A DNA stretch of 64,000 nt from Botryllus schlosseri (taxonomy: Eukaryota). The DNA lies in assembly GCA_051294905.1 (NCBI GenBank), contig CM119372.1:17858001-17922000 (forward strand), in the 5' to 3' direction. Shown here one piece after another: positions 50,801 to 64,000 of this stretch (positions within the stretch are counted from its first letter, which is position 1; each line of letters opens with the position of its first letter). Both the position numbers and the translations under genes were made by a program. The notes under the pieces were generated by a model that was not told where the DNA came from, searched no databases, and was given only the letters and a program-made list of their open reading frames with translations.

Positions 50801-53800
50801 TTATATCACTATATTCCCCTTATGATTAAGTTGTCTTCTGTATGACGAAACTTTGTTGTATTTTTTACCATTGTAAGCCAATGTTGGTGTTTGATTCTTC
50901 ACCTCCAGTAAGCTGTTTCAAAGTATTCCTGTCCTTTTGTAGCAACCCAAACTTATAACCATTTGGTATTGTGAGTATTAATAAGTAAATGACATACTAT
51001 CCGCAGCCTTTCGGACGATTGCCAACCCGTTTACTGTTGCTACAAACTCCTTGATCAACCTATTTACAAAACGGTTCTTCGACCCCATAGCGAAAATGTC
51101 CATTTTCAAGATATACACGTCATTCTGCTCGGTGAGTCTGTCATTTCACGTTACAGCCTATGTTACAGCGATACAAATAATCTCAGCCTCGTCATTACAG
51201 GCACATTGGAGAAGGGAAGGCTGCTCGAATTCCTGCACTCGGACGGTTTAACAATCGAAGTACATGATAGAGATCGGAAAGTCCCAGATGTAGCCAAGTC
51301 AGTATCTTGTCATTTGTTGTTTGTATGGAAACAGATGTCACTATATTGACTGTTTAGTGTCCATCAAATCATAGCGTACATCGGTACATGATGGATATGA
51401 CAATGTCTGTGCTTGTTACGATATTTTCAAGATCTTTGTAACGCAGCGTAAGGCTTTGTGAATGTTCCTCTTGAACTTTTGAGATATGCACAAGTGAGCT
51501 AAGAGAAGGGCACTTCATTGTTTTGAATAAATCTACTCGACAGCCTGAGAAAGATACAGTATCTGTATCAATATCAGTTTAGTAGCAATTTCATCATTTC
51601 AAACACCACAAGACGATACAATGCGATGCAATGAAAAGATAGGAAAGTGTCGAAACGACTTGGAGTAGTCTCTGAAATCCGACGCCCACTCGGACCTAGG
51701 CGATGTAAAGTTGGGGCATACACACTGAATGAAAATAAAAGGAAGATTGATTGAATGGTTGTCGGATCTTGTCTAGTATTTTCCACAATTTTCCAGCGAC
51801 TGCTCATATTGACGCGGTTTATAAATGTCGTTCAGACCGCCTCTCATATTCGGCGCCGATAGCAACGATAAGAAGATTGCGAATGTGGGTTTGGTGTCGT
51901 CGAAAAACACAACTTGCAATGCGTTCCATGACCGGCACCGTCCGTTCGACCCATACGGCGTTGCCAAGATTCGACTGCGCGACCTTCTCAAAGGAAATCC
52001 GACTCTTACCTTCACCGTGAGTGTTTTGTAGCGATGTTTGCTCTTGCTCCAACGTAGTTTTTACATTCAAGTTTTGTAGGATAGGGTTTTCGGGTGCAAT
52101 CACATCATCACAGTGTATGTATAGATTGATCCTGTAGATATTTGACACTGTTCGGCATTCTGCATAAGCTGCAAAAATTTGTCTGCCAATTATGAAGGTT
52201 GTCGCAAAGTTATCTACCAACACAGGTCTGGCAAAAGCGATCTCGAAATGCATTTTATTTGAGTACTTCTCAAACTTCATTGCTCAACTTATTTTTTTTT
52301 GAGTAGTTTGGAGAATCACTGCTTTTATGTGTATTCAAATAAAAGTCCGACGACCAGTGACCACCTATGGTCAGCAGTGTAAGAATAAAATATACGCTAT
52401 CGTATGATCCTGTTGTAAATAACCGTCCCGATGGAAATACCGCGAATAGCAAATCATAACACTGGTCAACAAAATGAAAAAAAATTTTTTATGCAGAACA
52501 TCTGAGAGCCATTTCTGGGGTTTTTGAGGTTGCTGATTACGAATATCACATTAGTTTTGTCAGATTGGCTCTCTGTCAGAAGATATTTATACACCTAAAA
52601 AACCCAAAATTACTGTATTTACCATTTAATATTTCACTTGGTAGGAAGAAAATCGTAGTTTTTTCTACTTTTATATTGCGCATAAATAAATAATTAGCTA
52701 TGAAGAACCCTATGATGTCATTCTATCAATATTAACATGACATGATGTGAAATATTTGCTTGTCAAAAAAGTAGTTTGTCATGCCTGAAAATTGTACTTT
52801 TGCACAACGGAAATACATCATCATTGGTTTATTAGCAATTTTATCAGTTCAATACACCACAAAAAATGCGATACAATGAATAGACAGGAAGATGTCGAAG
52901 CGACTTGGATTTGTCAATGGAATCGGACACCCACCTTGGCCTAGGCGTAGTAAAGAGGAGGCATGCACACTGAATGAAAGTAAAGAATACAGTATAGAAA
53001 AAGAAAGCGACAAGAAATAGGGCGGCATGTCATGGGAAGCGAGATCGATAGGTCAGTCGTGGTCCGGTAATCTTGAGGATGGACTTATTCTCCTGTATCA
53101 ATTGATCATTCTACCAAGATTAAAGAGTAGTATAAAACTATAAATTTGTCTTCGGAAGGCTTAACTACAATACTCATATGAGTCTCTTTTCTTTTGACTG
53201 GTAAATGGATAATTTTCCGCTGAGTCAACACAGTGGGTATACCGGTACCTAGTAACCCTAACAAACGAGAAGCTTAAATCTGATATCTGGTATATTCGAA
53301 TACCGATGAAAGATTCCAATTTCACATTAGGAAGGAGTTCACTGCATGTAATTTCTCATAAGATGTAGTAAATAAAACTTTTTAGATGGTCATGAAGCAC
53401 CCAACCACAAACAGTTGGTCCGGAAATTTGTATCTGCAAATCGAACACTTGAGCACAAACATGACCATAGAAGTTCACTTCCTGTTCAGAAATCTGGATA
53501 TATTTCCTGATCATCTTGTTGATTAGCAAGGGGAGAGGCTCTACCAAGACATCAGAACAACAAAAGAAAGATATCAGGGCACCTGAGATGAACAATTGAA
53601 CTTATCATGTCAGACCAATGCCGGAACATTGCAAGAAACTGCACTAAATAGCTTACGGGCGAAAATCTAACAAAAAACAATTGTGATATAAAATATATCA
53701 ATAATATTATATTCCAACTGATTATTTCAAATTGACAGTAGGTGACTGACTTAAAACTGATTGCAATAATGCCAGGTTAGCCGAGTATCTAGGTAAATAC

Positions 53801-56800
53801 TTATGTACATGACTGGAGATTATTTATGTACATGATAGCCGTGAAAATCTGTAGCTATGATGAATCTGTTACCCCTAAATATAGTGCTGTGGCAGTATTT
53901 TGATTTAAAAGAGTCTTCTGTGTGTAAAAATAACAAGTAGATTGAATATCTACACTTTATAGTACGAATTTGCCAATTTTATATCTCGTCATTACCGCGA
54001 AAATGTGAGATTTTGGTCAAAATAGCCCCATGGGTTATCTCCACAACAAGAGCTAATTTGAAAAAAAGTAAGTTCATATTCTGAATCAGTGCCCTTCAGA
54101 ACCCCCCAAACCACTCTTACTTTGTCTGCCTAAAAATATGTGTTGACCAGTGTAATTGGTTCGATGTCACCCGACGATGGATTTTACCAAAATTTCATTT
54201 TCAGTGTGTTGTCAGCCCGTGTCCGTTGCCCGAATTGCTGTCAAATCCCTATAGTGCGGACGCCGTACCTCGCGTCGTTGGCGTCACAGGGTCGATTGAC
54301 CGGCCGGAGAATCCGCCTCTTCCAGCGGGAGACTATCTGAACGCCGGGACAACGTTGAAAGTTGTCGCGTCTCTGAAGTTTCCTTTAAAAGAAGTTACCT
54401 TGCGTCCGACGGAGACGGAGCAGGTCAGGGCTTTTATTGTTGCAATGTCCGCTGTGGTATTGTGTTTATGAAATTTTACAGAGCTTTTAATCATAGGAGA
54501 GTCAGTGGCATTATAGCATGTATCCATGTCTGATAACGCTCCACTATAAAACCTATTGCGAAAATTTAGTTACAACCGCAATTGGAGAAACGAAAGATGA
54601 TATCAATGCCGAAACCAAGCTCATCGTAGTGCTCAAAAATGTTACCTAACTGCTAATGATATACATTATGTTCAGTTTATTGTTAGGGGTTAACCACACG
54701 ATAAAATGTTGCTCTATACCAGTGGTTCCCAACCTTTTTTACCTCTCATGGATGCCTTCGAGTTAAATTGATGAATTTGAAGTGTTTTCACGGGCAGGTA
54801 GATGTTTAATTGAATCAAGCGGCCTTGCTGTGTTTGATTCGGCATGACTTTTCCGCTTAGAAGCAATGTGATCTCTCAAGGACCTAACAAAACTGTTTTG
54901 GGAGCCGCACTTTTGGCATATCTGAGAAAAAGCATAAAACTCAGTGATGATTTGTAAGAAAAGGGAAGATTTCAAATAGCATCTGAGTCCAGGTGTACCT
55001 TCCTTTGCAATCCCATATACAGATTCCTCTATCACAATTACTATTACAATCACAAAATTCCGTCCATATACGATTGACAATTCGCCAAAGTGAGCCGTTA
55101 CTTGTATAAATCAATTAGTTTCCGATTTTTCTAAAATATCTCCTGCATTGCGTCACCGTCTCTTTGACAGACCTGTCCGTTTGCGCGCGTCATCTATTAT
55201 TTCAACTACGAAAACAAAAGGCTGCTTCAAACTCTCGAAAATTTCGTGAACGAGACAAATTTGGTCGCTCTCGGCTTTGACCAATTCGACCGGAAAGTGG
55301 CGGAAGCCGCACTGTCTACATACAGGCTGTCTGAGTGAGTCGATTGGGGCATATTTATGGTTACTGATGTATATGTTTACTAATATTTGAGGAATTTATG
55401 TCTCATGGCAGCATATGAACATTCTGGTATAGATTTGCCGTAAAACTCTCTGTTTGCCAATACTTTGTATTTTTAACGGAAGTAATCTGAACGTAAATAA
55501 TGCACTGTAATAGACAAACATTTAACAACCGGTAAATCGCATATCCGAACCGTCATATTCCTACTTCTTGGTACAGCGATTATATACACAGTATACACAA
55601 AAAAACGATATTCTGCAATGTGCGTAATATGTATTTCATCAACTGGGTATGCTGGATATGATATGTGTGTAATGTGTATATAATTTCACTACATAGGTGG
55701 TTGTATACACAGATAAAAAAATTTGGAGAACATTCTCAGCAATAGAGTGATGTCATGTGTTAAGTAGTTAAGTATAACATCACATGTCCAGCACCATGTC
55801 ATCAACATGCCAGCAACCCAAATCCGATGCTCACCAGACACGACTTCATATATGCGTAGGCTATGTGTATTTACATTTTTCAAAAACATTCAGACCCCAA
55901 AGAAGCAGCAAAAGTCTCGACGTTATTACCGGATTCCACGTGATTGACGGGGAATTTCATCTGTTTGTGTTGGAGGGACTCAAGAACAACGCAATCAAGA
56001 GACTGCGAGAGGAAATTGGGTACAGTTATCCTGACGGTTAGTATTTAATGCGAGAATTTTTGGTCGCTTCCCGAAATCCCATTTGCCTGACTGATATACA
56101 TAGCCCTTTAAACATTCAACACTGCTTTGTCTTTTGTACTTCATATCGATTTGCATTTATATTTACTTATTTTTCAGACGGCGGGTTCGTACGCATGTTG
56201 TGCGACACTTCCTTGGAATTCAGGAACCGATTGTATGCCGAGCTGGACATTAATTTGTGCAAAGTCCGGCTCCATCAACCGTTACGAGTGATTCTCGAAC
56301 AGCCATTGCTGTACATTCGAGATCTCGTTCCGCGCCAGTGTTTTCAATGTCTTATGATGATAAACGACGTAAGAGTTGCCATTTTGACACAGCCCACTTT
56401 CTCGGATAATGTCTGATATTCACATTTTGATTTTCATTGCTCCAATAGCCTTGCAGTTAGTCTGTTAGAGCAGACCTGGCCATTTTGCAGCCTGAGACCC
56501 GACGCGTCTGAAAAGTAATATACTGTAGTTTTCGAGAAAAATACTTTTGAACGTTAATCCGCTGACCAGAACCATAAATTGTATAAACTAATTCGTAAAT
56601 GCATTTACTTTGAAGCCTATATCATGTCTGCAGCATGTTTGTTTGGGGTATTCATGGTGTTTGTCGACTACTATGGTCATGTACACCAGGCAAATTTCTT
56701 CACTTTTATTCCATAACTGCCGACTTGTAGTACGGCCCACTTCTAGGCTTTATAAAATACCGCTCACACGGATGATATGGCGAGGAGGAGCCTAGATAAA

Positions 56801-59800
56801 CCTCCTACACTTAGGTAGGAATTCTGGAGTCGACCTCGGTGGGACTCTAACTCGCAACCTATTGGTGTTGCAGCTGTGGATTATAGCACTACGCTATCTC
56901 GCTACGATGTCTGCAGTAACACTGAAGTTGAATACGACAAAATCAATCAAGTAGAAATATAAGTTTTCAAAAGACGTAATCACAAACCTACTTCTGTACT
57001 TCTAAATAGTAGAAGTACTACTCTGCTCGTACCAAAAACAAACAAAGAATATATATATATATATGACAGACTTTGACGACTCTGTCTTATGTACCTTGCT
57101 TGATTACTTTTAAGCCCTCCAGTTCTAATTTCCCCCTTCGTAAATACTTCTACCGGCTCTTGAGTATAATCTTACAGTGCTCTACCGTTACTTGAGTAGG
57201 ATAAGTGACTACTTTGATCGTCTCCGTTGATGACAGCAAGTTTTTTTTATTTTAAATGCCGACGGTGATGGTTAGTTATCGCCGGATTTTCAAATCCCTG
57301 AAAGGATCTTGTAGTCCGTTTTCCCTCTACTTGCAGATAATAAGGTCAAATTGCCTCAAAGACGTCTGCCGTAACGCTCTATTCCCCAGCCATGACATGG
57401 TCGTTTCCATGAGCAGAGAATTCGGTGTTCCGATCACTCATAAAGATTTCGAAGCGCATCACCAGAACAAAGTCGACGGTTAGTATTGCATGGCGCAGAC
57501 CGAGTTTCGATATCGGCCTAATTTGCTCACACTGTATTGCAGCATACTGCATATTACACGTACTCAATGTTTATACTATCTAAAATATATGTATATGATT
57601 GGACTTTGTATGATAGCGATTGAAACGTGAGACCGCGGTAAAATGATGTTGACCAGCATTTACTTAAGAACAGAGTTGGTCAGTAATGAAGTACTTTTTC
57701 TGAGTACTCAAGTAGGTTTCGACTCCTTGCACCACTTACTTTTACTTCACATTTTTTCAAGCAAAGCTACTTACTTTCTACACTTTGGATTTTTTGGAGT
57801 AGAAATTCGGTTTAGAATAGGTGTGTAAGTGTAAGCTTACTTTATAATTGTTTGGTTAAATAACCTCAATTCGCTGACTACCTACAAGGAGTGTATTTCG
57901 TTATTAATGTTGTGTGATTGCGGGCCAAACTCACAGCAGAGAGTCACTGAATATTTATAACGGAAAATGGATATTTCGAGCTAACTTTTCCTAACAAAGC
58001 ATGTGGAAAATTTTAAATTTGGCATGGTGCATTCTCGTTTAATGCTGAAATTCTTTTCATGCTGCTATATCGCCATGTTGGGAGTGGTCCGAATTTGAAA
58101 TGCAAAGAAGTGCGTAGAATATCAACCAAAGGAGTTATAAACAACGTGAAAATTGTAAATAATGAAAAAGGTTCACAGTGCAAAACCTACCTAATTTCTG
58201 AGGTTCGCACACGGAACACGAATATGAACCTCACGTTCACACCAATGTTCCCTCTAATTTTTCACGAGTCTGTGCGCACTCACCAACTCACTGCGCGGTC
58301 CCTTGGATAACACTGCGTAACGACTAAAAAAAAGGTCGTCAGTTCAAACTTTTGTGCGCAGCTTTGATATTCCGTGTGCAGTGTGCACATACCGTGCCAG
58401 CCCTGCGCAATTGCGCACGTGCGCACTGCACAGCTTAGAGGGAACATTGGTTCACACCATCCTTACTGAATACCACTTCTGCTTATGAATGTTGGGTGAA
58501 ATCAAATGTTCATTATCTACACGAATTTCACACGCACCTGACTCACGAGTCGACAACCTGGTACGCCATATTTGTTAGATGAACCAGTTTGCGGACATTG
58601 TATGAAATAACCGATAAACACTAGAACGCGATTTTCAGAAGAAGAATCGCAGCCACCAAATTCTGCCAATTTATCTCCAAGATGGACGCCCATCGATCAC
58701 ACGAACAGAGAATTCGAGAAGAAGATAAGCGAACGGTTCAAACTTTCGGATCAGCCCGACTACGTTTACAGCAACATTGTAAGTGATTGATTGGTGTGCC
58801 ACTCTTGGTTGTGCCCGCAGAGATGGCCAAAATGAAAAGTCGGGAAGAGAATTAGTATGTTGTCAGTGACGCTATTTTTAACGATGTCATGACATCATGG
58901 ATTCATTGGGGCATAGTAAAACAGATGTATTTACAGTGCCTTGGTTGGAGATTTGAGATCCCTTTCATGGAAAAGTATCACACCCCTGTTTGTGCCACAC
59001 ATCGCATTGAATCAGGCTTTATTTTCAACCTTGAATCGCCACTAAGCCTTACATGCTCTGTTGTACTGCCAGCTGTTACCCGGGTGCTGAAGAAAACAAA
59101 GGAAAAACTACCAATCACCTACGAAACAATGGCAAGATTAAAATATCCGCATCAGTTTATTCATGTTTTCATCATTTCAAAACACCACAAAACTGCGATA
59201 CAATGAAAAGATAGTGAGGTGTCGAAACGACATGAAGTAGTCTTAGAGATCAGACACCCACCTTGGCCTAGGCGAAGTACAAAAGAGGCATGCACACTGA
59301 ATGAAAAGTAAAGCAGGGAATATAAAAGGCAAGTGACAAAATGAGGTGGCATATGGCCGTACACGAGATCGATGTTAGGTGGTGGTCCGGTAATCCTGAA
59401 GGCTGACTAGTATTCATTTAGAAGAAATTGCTTGTATTTTGACTTGAATGTGGACATGCTCGACGACTGTCGGACAGCCGGCGAGATACTGTTCCACAAT
59501 TGGGGTCCGACATCCTTGATAGAGCAATGCTTTTTTTTGTATTTCGTCCTGATCATACGGTAATTCTTCTTCATTGACATACACGTGCCGTACATGTGCG
59601 CTTTTGACTCCGAGGTGAAGTAGTCGTTGAAATTTGAGGGACATTGACCGCAATGGAACTGATACATAAACTTTGCAATTTCTAGCTTCCTCATATCTTC
59701 TATGTTTAGAACACCAAATCTTTTGAGTAGTGATGCATCAGTTGCACATCCAGGCCCCCGTGGGGCTTTCGCAATGATACGGATGATCCGATGTTGTAGT

Positions 59801-60575
59801 TTTTGCAGTGGGTCAATCGTATTCCTGCAGACAGCACCCAAACAAAGAATTCCGTATTGTAAATTTGATAGGAATAGAGTGTGTATGCAAGAATGCTGTG
59901 TCATTTCTGAGTTTGAGAGTGTTCTGGTGACTCGAGTCACATCTTTTGAATGACTTGACTTCACTCCAGTACCGTAAAATGACTTGACTTATCTTCACTC
60001 GAGTCACTACCTTGAAATGATTTGACTCGTCTCAGACTTGACATATAAGAAATGGTATGAAATCGGAAAATTTGAGATGACTCCACTTGATCCAAGACAA
60101 TCGGAAAATTTTCTTGACTTGACTCGAGTCAAAACTGGCATTGACTCAAAGTGACTTGCAACTCAAAGGTACTCTGAGGTAGTGACTTGATCCCAACGCT
60201 GGCTTGCGATCTTCTTGTGAACCTCCATGTTAAGTGTGGCGTATCGGGCACAGAGTGATAACAAATACATTTATTTATCAACTACACGAATCAAGGTGTG
60301 TGGAGATTCGAACACAGTAGTAGTTAATAATGTGAAGCGGAAGCTGTGTATCGCACAAATACAAGCGTAATCGATTTTGGGCTACTACTTGACATTGCTA
60401 TTTCTCAGGTTGCAGTGCAGGAGGCAGGACGAAGAAAGCGTCCTGTGTCAAGACAAAAGATCCACGTGAATGCCGGAGGGCCATCTTTCAACTACAGTAC
60501 GCAAACGTTGAACTCGACAGAAAAGTCAAAAGCTGCCTTGCGCAAGATGCTCTATCAGAATGGAAGCGACGATAG
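41891..60575 (+). CDS. CFAP92: Cilia- and flagella-associated protein 92 (KIAA1257/DUF4550 family), 3' end not located in window
   Basis: In-phase exons 41891-42092, 42711-42951, 43514-43676, 44967-45115, 45982-46066, 47141-47202, 48809-48894, 48956-49133, 51007-51131, 51201-51297, 51836-52016, 54205-54423, 55171-55334, 55894-56036, 56178-56368, 57337-57478, 58639-58778, 60409-60575. Motifs [95 protein letters not shown]. Confidence 0.85.
44075..44739. mobile_element. hAT MITE nested in an AGTA-rich repeat (CFAP92 intron)
   Basis: Ends caggggtcgccaac...tagtgatccctg; flanks tactactt/tactactc. Confidence 0.6.
46428..47044. mobile_element. hAT MITE
   Basis: TIR cagtgattcccaacc...ggttgggaagcactg. 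Confidence 0.65.
47510..48323 (-). mobile_element. Internally deleted hAT element retaining the C-terminal dimerisation-domain remnant
   Basis: TIR tagggcgatttt...aaaatcgcccta; minus-strand peptide [30 protein letters not shown]. Confidence 0.8.
48348..48666. mobile_element. hAT MITE
   Basis: Ends cagtggttctcaa...ttaagaatcactg. Confidence 0.6.
49330..49523. mobile_element. Short hAT MITE (CAATGTTCCCTCTAA TIR)
   Basis: 15-bp perfect TIR; perfect TSD gttgtagg. Confidence 0.9.
49915..50150 (+). repeat. Degenerate minisatellite built on CAGGCC motifs, inside a probable MITE (about 49668-50341)
   Basis: Recurrent ccaggcctattgcagatgc / ttcaggccagcga units. Confidence 0.6.
51590..51750 (-). mobile_element. 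LINE 3'-UTR fragment
   Basis: Aligns to 59165-59320. Confidence 0.75.
52460..54152 (+). mobile_element. Decayed Chapaev3-like (CMC) DNA transposon containing a LINE 3' end
   Basis: TIR cactggtcaaca...tgttgaccagtg; 3-bp TSD taa on both sides; transposase remnant at about 53375-53590 ([51 protein letters not shown]). Confidence 0.75.
52850..53085 (-). mobile_element. LINE 3'-UTR fragment
   Basis: Aligns to 59180-59405. Confidence 0.8.
56770..56905 (-). mobile_element. Possible tRNA-derived SINE remnant
   Basis: Minus strand shows A-box-like tagcgtagtg and B-box-like gagttagagtccc followed by aggtcgactc; no complete cloverleaf. Confidence 0.4.
58243..58449. mobile_element. Short hAT MITE (CAATGTTCCCTCTAA TIR) inserted into the end of another MITE
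   Basis: Perfect TIR; perfect TSD gttcacac; inverted relative to 49330-49523. Confidence 0.9.
59155..59900 (-). mobile_element. 5'-truncated LINE (CR1/L2/Crack-like): ORF2 C-terminus plus 3' UTR
   Basis: Peptide [56 protein letters not shown]; 3' UTR ends at AATAAA (59161-59156). Confidence 0.85.
59926..60201. mobile_element. Partial GACTCGAGTC/GACTTG-repeat MITE
   Basis: Same subterminal repeat pattern as 1389-1886; another fragment at about 61415-61520. Confidence 0.6.
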
Positions 60576-61879
60576 GTTTGCACTTAGTTTCTCAATTTTG
60601 GGCGTTCGGAGATTGTTGCTTGAAATTTACGCAGGCGGAGGAATTTTTCTTCTTTGCATAATGTATTAGTAGATGCGCTCGGTAGCGAGATACTGTTATT
60701 CAGTGTTGTGATGACCGGAGTACATTTTCAAAAAACTGGACTTGACTCGCAGTCAAATAATCGAATCATATCGTATTCTACTGTGCAAAGCATTCCAGAG
60801 GTTTCATTTATTGACAGGACTCAATTTTTGTTATTAACCACCAAAGGCTAATGTCTGACTGATGGTAACTAAATCAATATAGACATTACACATTGACCTA
60901 CGGCGAGAGAACCTTTTCTTCCTCGGCTGCCATTCTTTGGAACAATCTTCCAATTTGTATCTGACTGAATATCTGACTCCCTATATTTTTTCAAGCACAA
61001 AATCGAAACCGTTGTATTCACACGAGCGTTCGTACTACGGTAGTGTTCATTCCGCCTTACAACTATGCACTCCGACTTTTATGCATATTGTTTACTCTTA
61101 TATTTTAATGCCTCTTGTATAAAGCGCCCTAGTGTAGTAATGATGTATTGTTATATTCGGCGCTCTAAATTATTCTAGTACATTATATTTATATTTACCA
61201 CCCCAGGTCGAGACAGTTTGAGCCTAATGGCATAATGTGGCTTTCAATGTAGTATGCTATATGTTAGCAGAGTGGAGTTATACTATAATTCTCTAACGAT
61301 GTCCCAAAGTAGCCTATATTGTAGCTGCCGATGATTACGCCAAATATATGATATCGCGATGCCAGTGAAAGGATGATGAGAGATTTTGATAGGTCTGACA
61401 AGGTCGAGGCTATATGCGACTCAGGTCACTTTCAATATTTCTGTGACTTGACTCGTGACTCGACTTAGAAAATTTTCAATTGATTTTACTTGACTCGAAT
61501 TAGAGTACATAGTGACTCAAAATGAAAGGTAGTGACCTCTCATTGTACTACCTAAATAGATTTCATGTACTTCCACTCTTACGACTTATGAAGCTTGATT
61601 GCTTGCTTTCTACTTCATCCTGGCAACATGTAGCTTCTGGATCGATTTGCATAATTTCTGCCAGTGAAAGTGCTATTTAAACTGGCGTTATATTTGTAGT
61701 ATCATGTTGGTGCAACTCGTATGGACTTGCGAAATTTTTCATCCTCAACAATACCAAACTGAAGAGTCGGTATGATTGCGGGTAAAGCATTATAATCTGA
61801 ATCCGTTAGGTGGCAGAAGCGAGGTGTTTCGTTAATAAAATTTTCAGAAGACTCTGTGTCTGTGATTTTTATTCACGTG

Positions 61880-63330
61880 AAATACTTCCGTCGAATGTCC
61901 ATATAATATTGCAAGAGGTGTCTTGGATTGGATCCGACAAAATATTAGGTCGTGTTCTCGTGTCACACCTCATACCGGGACGTCGTTTAGGTGGTCATCA
62001 ATATGATCGGTAACCCTTGATAAGTATACTTGGTCGTCTCGACCATCTATTTGTGTGATGATTTGAGTTATCCGCGCCGGTGAGTTTGAAAAGTAACAAA
62101 CCCTCCTTTTCTCCTGATCCCGACTAATATACCTGGCTTATATTTAGCACTGTCAACATTACAGCCTAGATCCTGTTTCTTATTTCAATAGGCTTGCGTC
62201 GCCAAAACATGTGACGCTGTGAGATTTTTTTCTTTTTGCTATAAACCCGACCGTGACGCGTCCTCTCTGGTGAAGTCTTTGCTTCGGTTACGAACAAGAA
62301 CAATTATAAATTTCGATCGCTGCGTTGCAACGCGCATGGGCGAGCGGAATTGGCGTAGAAAGGCACGAAAATTCATCTTGATACATTAAAATATTGCGAC
62401 TGTAGTTCGTTCATTGACTGAAATTGTCCTCTGGGCTGGATGATGTGGTATGCTTCAGGCATCGTTGTTCTTCGTTAGCACTTGGCAGACGTCTGTGGCT
62501 TGAATAAATTACGATTCCTTCACATTCTGATTCCTTTGTATCTTCACAACACTTACCTATTAACAATGTTCTTGACTCCCAATTATGAATTTTGCAAAGG
62601 TGAACTCCTTGTTATTACGAAACCAACGGGCGTTGTGGAGGTGACGTAGCCCTCGTCAAAAAATTTTCGCCTGGTGTTCTGTAAGGCTTTCTATACTGGA
62701 ACGAAGGTATATATTGTATGCACCACTTTTTTGCGTGTGCGTTCGTGGCTTCGGCGATAATGCGGTTATACACATTCTATTACAATTCCATACTCGATGC
62801 GAGAAAACGGTTTTAACCGGGATTCAGATATAAGCGTATAAGATCAAATCATCAATGCTCCAAGATGCGACCTTGGATATCGATACCATTTCGTCCGGAA
62901 TCGTGCATAGGATTTTGATACGGATCCGTGAAATCCTTCAGCGCCGCCACGATAATCATTCGACACGCCTGCGAACAAACAGTGCCTCGCTCCTAGCAAA
63001 TTTGTGGTACGGCACACATCTTATATCATATTTTTATGCTTCTATCATCTGTCCAACAGATTTGCACAATCCGACTGTTGGATCGGTAGCCGTAATCTGT
63101 CTTCACGGGAATGAACAGTGCCATATTGACATTGCGTGCTCTGCTCGAATTATACCCACGGTGCGTTTGATTGATGGTATTTGGCAAGTCGTTTCGACTC
63201 CGTTCTATATTTCGATTGTATCGCACCGATGTAGTAGTTTCGACAGATGAAAACGATATGATACGCTTGCGACATAATTAACCTGGTATTCGTGTTGGCT
63301 ACGATGAAGCTACTAATTTCGCAGTACCAA
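61880..63330 (-). mobile_element. Possible highly decayed Helitron Rep N-terminal region
   Basis: Broken minus-strand peptides in roughly Helitron order (DYGYRSNSRIV, SVGQM, KFIIGSQEH, FLRQFRS..IIVL, PERTRHGRVYS, SDPIQ); many stops and frameshifts. Confidence 0.3.
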
Positions 63331-64000
63331 AGTGTTATGATGTTTTGTCTGGGCACGTGTGATGCGATTCACACCCACGATTCAGCAGTCAGACGGACAC
63401 GGACAACGGACATGCTGATGGTGATAACGAAACACTGTGGGCGGTGCTATCTGCCAAAACGATAGATGCCGATTCATTAATCATATTTGACGGCAGACCG
63501 ATCAATCATTCTTGAACAGTTTCTGTCGGGCTGCTTTCTAACTACTTCCAAGTGGAGCTTCTCTACTTGCAATGCTTCCGCTTCTGAAGTCAAATTACCT
63601 GAGTACTTAAAATAGGTAGAAGTAGGCCTACGCTCTGCAGTTTGCCGAGTAGATAATAATTGTTATAATTTTTGGGTACATCGGCATAAGCAATCGGGGT
63701 CCATGTGCTTGATTGGGTGCTTGCGCTTTTTACTTCTGCTCGAAATGTTTTAGGCCTGTTTCGGAAACTCTACTGCTGCTGTGCTTCTGCTGTTGCAGCA
63801 CGCCACATTCACTGGTCACCAGCAAGTAATCTGCAGATATATTTTTGATAGGTTTCATTTTGTTACTACAGGTCAAGGCGGGATTTGGATTGGTTGTTGG
63901 CTCTTTTCTTTTCCTTACAATTATTGTAGTGTTGTGAATGATTATGAGATATCCATGTCCACCCAGGGATATGTAATAATAATAGATATGCTCGGTATCT

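Noticed and set aside
59407..59964. 185-aa ORF as a host gene
   Set aside because: Chimera of MITE sequence and a truncated LINE ORF2 C-terminus.

Overview
Eukaryotic animal genomic DNA with GT-AG introns from about 55 bp to several kb and a high density of MITEs. An invertebrate chordate such as a tunicate is plausible but not proven. I built exon models by hand for five protein-coding loci: the 3' part of PIGT (+, 322-3402); NOP53/GLTSCR2 (-, 7 coding exons, 4722-10542); an APEH whose CDS has no introns (-, 11038-13152), lying about 0.5 kb upstream of NOP53 on the same strand; an unnamed transcription-factor gene (-, 20059-32927); and CFAP92/KIAA1257 (+, from 41891, at least 18 exons, 3' end not found). 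The most interesting item is the unnamed gene. Its two shared 5' exons begin with a NuRD-motif-like MASKRKSSKP and can splice in frame either to a terminal exon with five 23-aa STPR repeats or to a run of exons encoding C2H2 zinc fingers, so one gene may offer two alternative DNA-binding domains. Other points of note: a possible APEH-NOP53 trans-spliced operon, a P/Galileo-like foldback element with a 7-bp TSD, a decayed Chapaev3-like transposon, nested hAT MITEs, LINE 3' ends, and a box C/D-like candidate in a NOP53 intron. Family assignments come from remembered motifs; no database searches were run.
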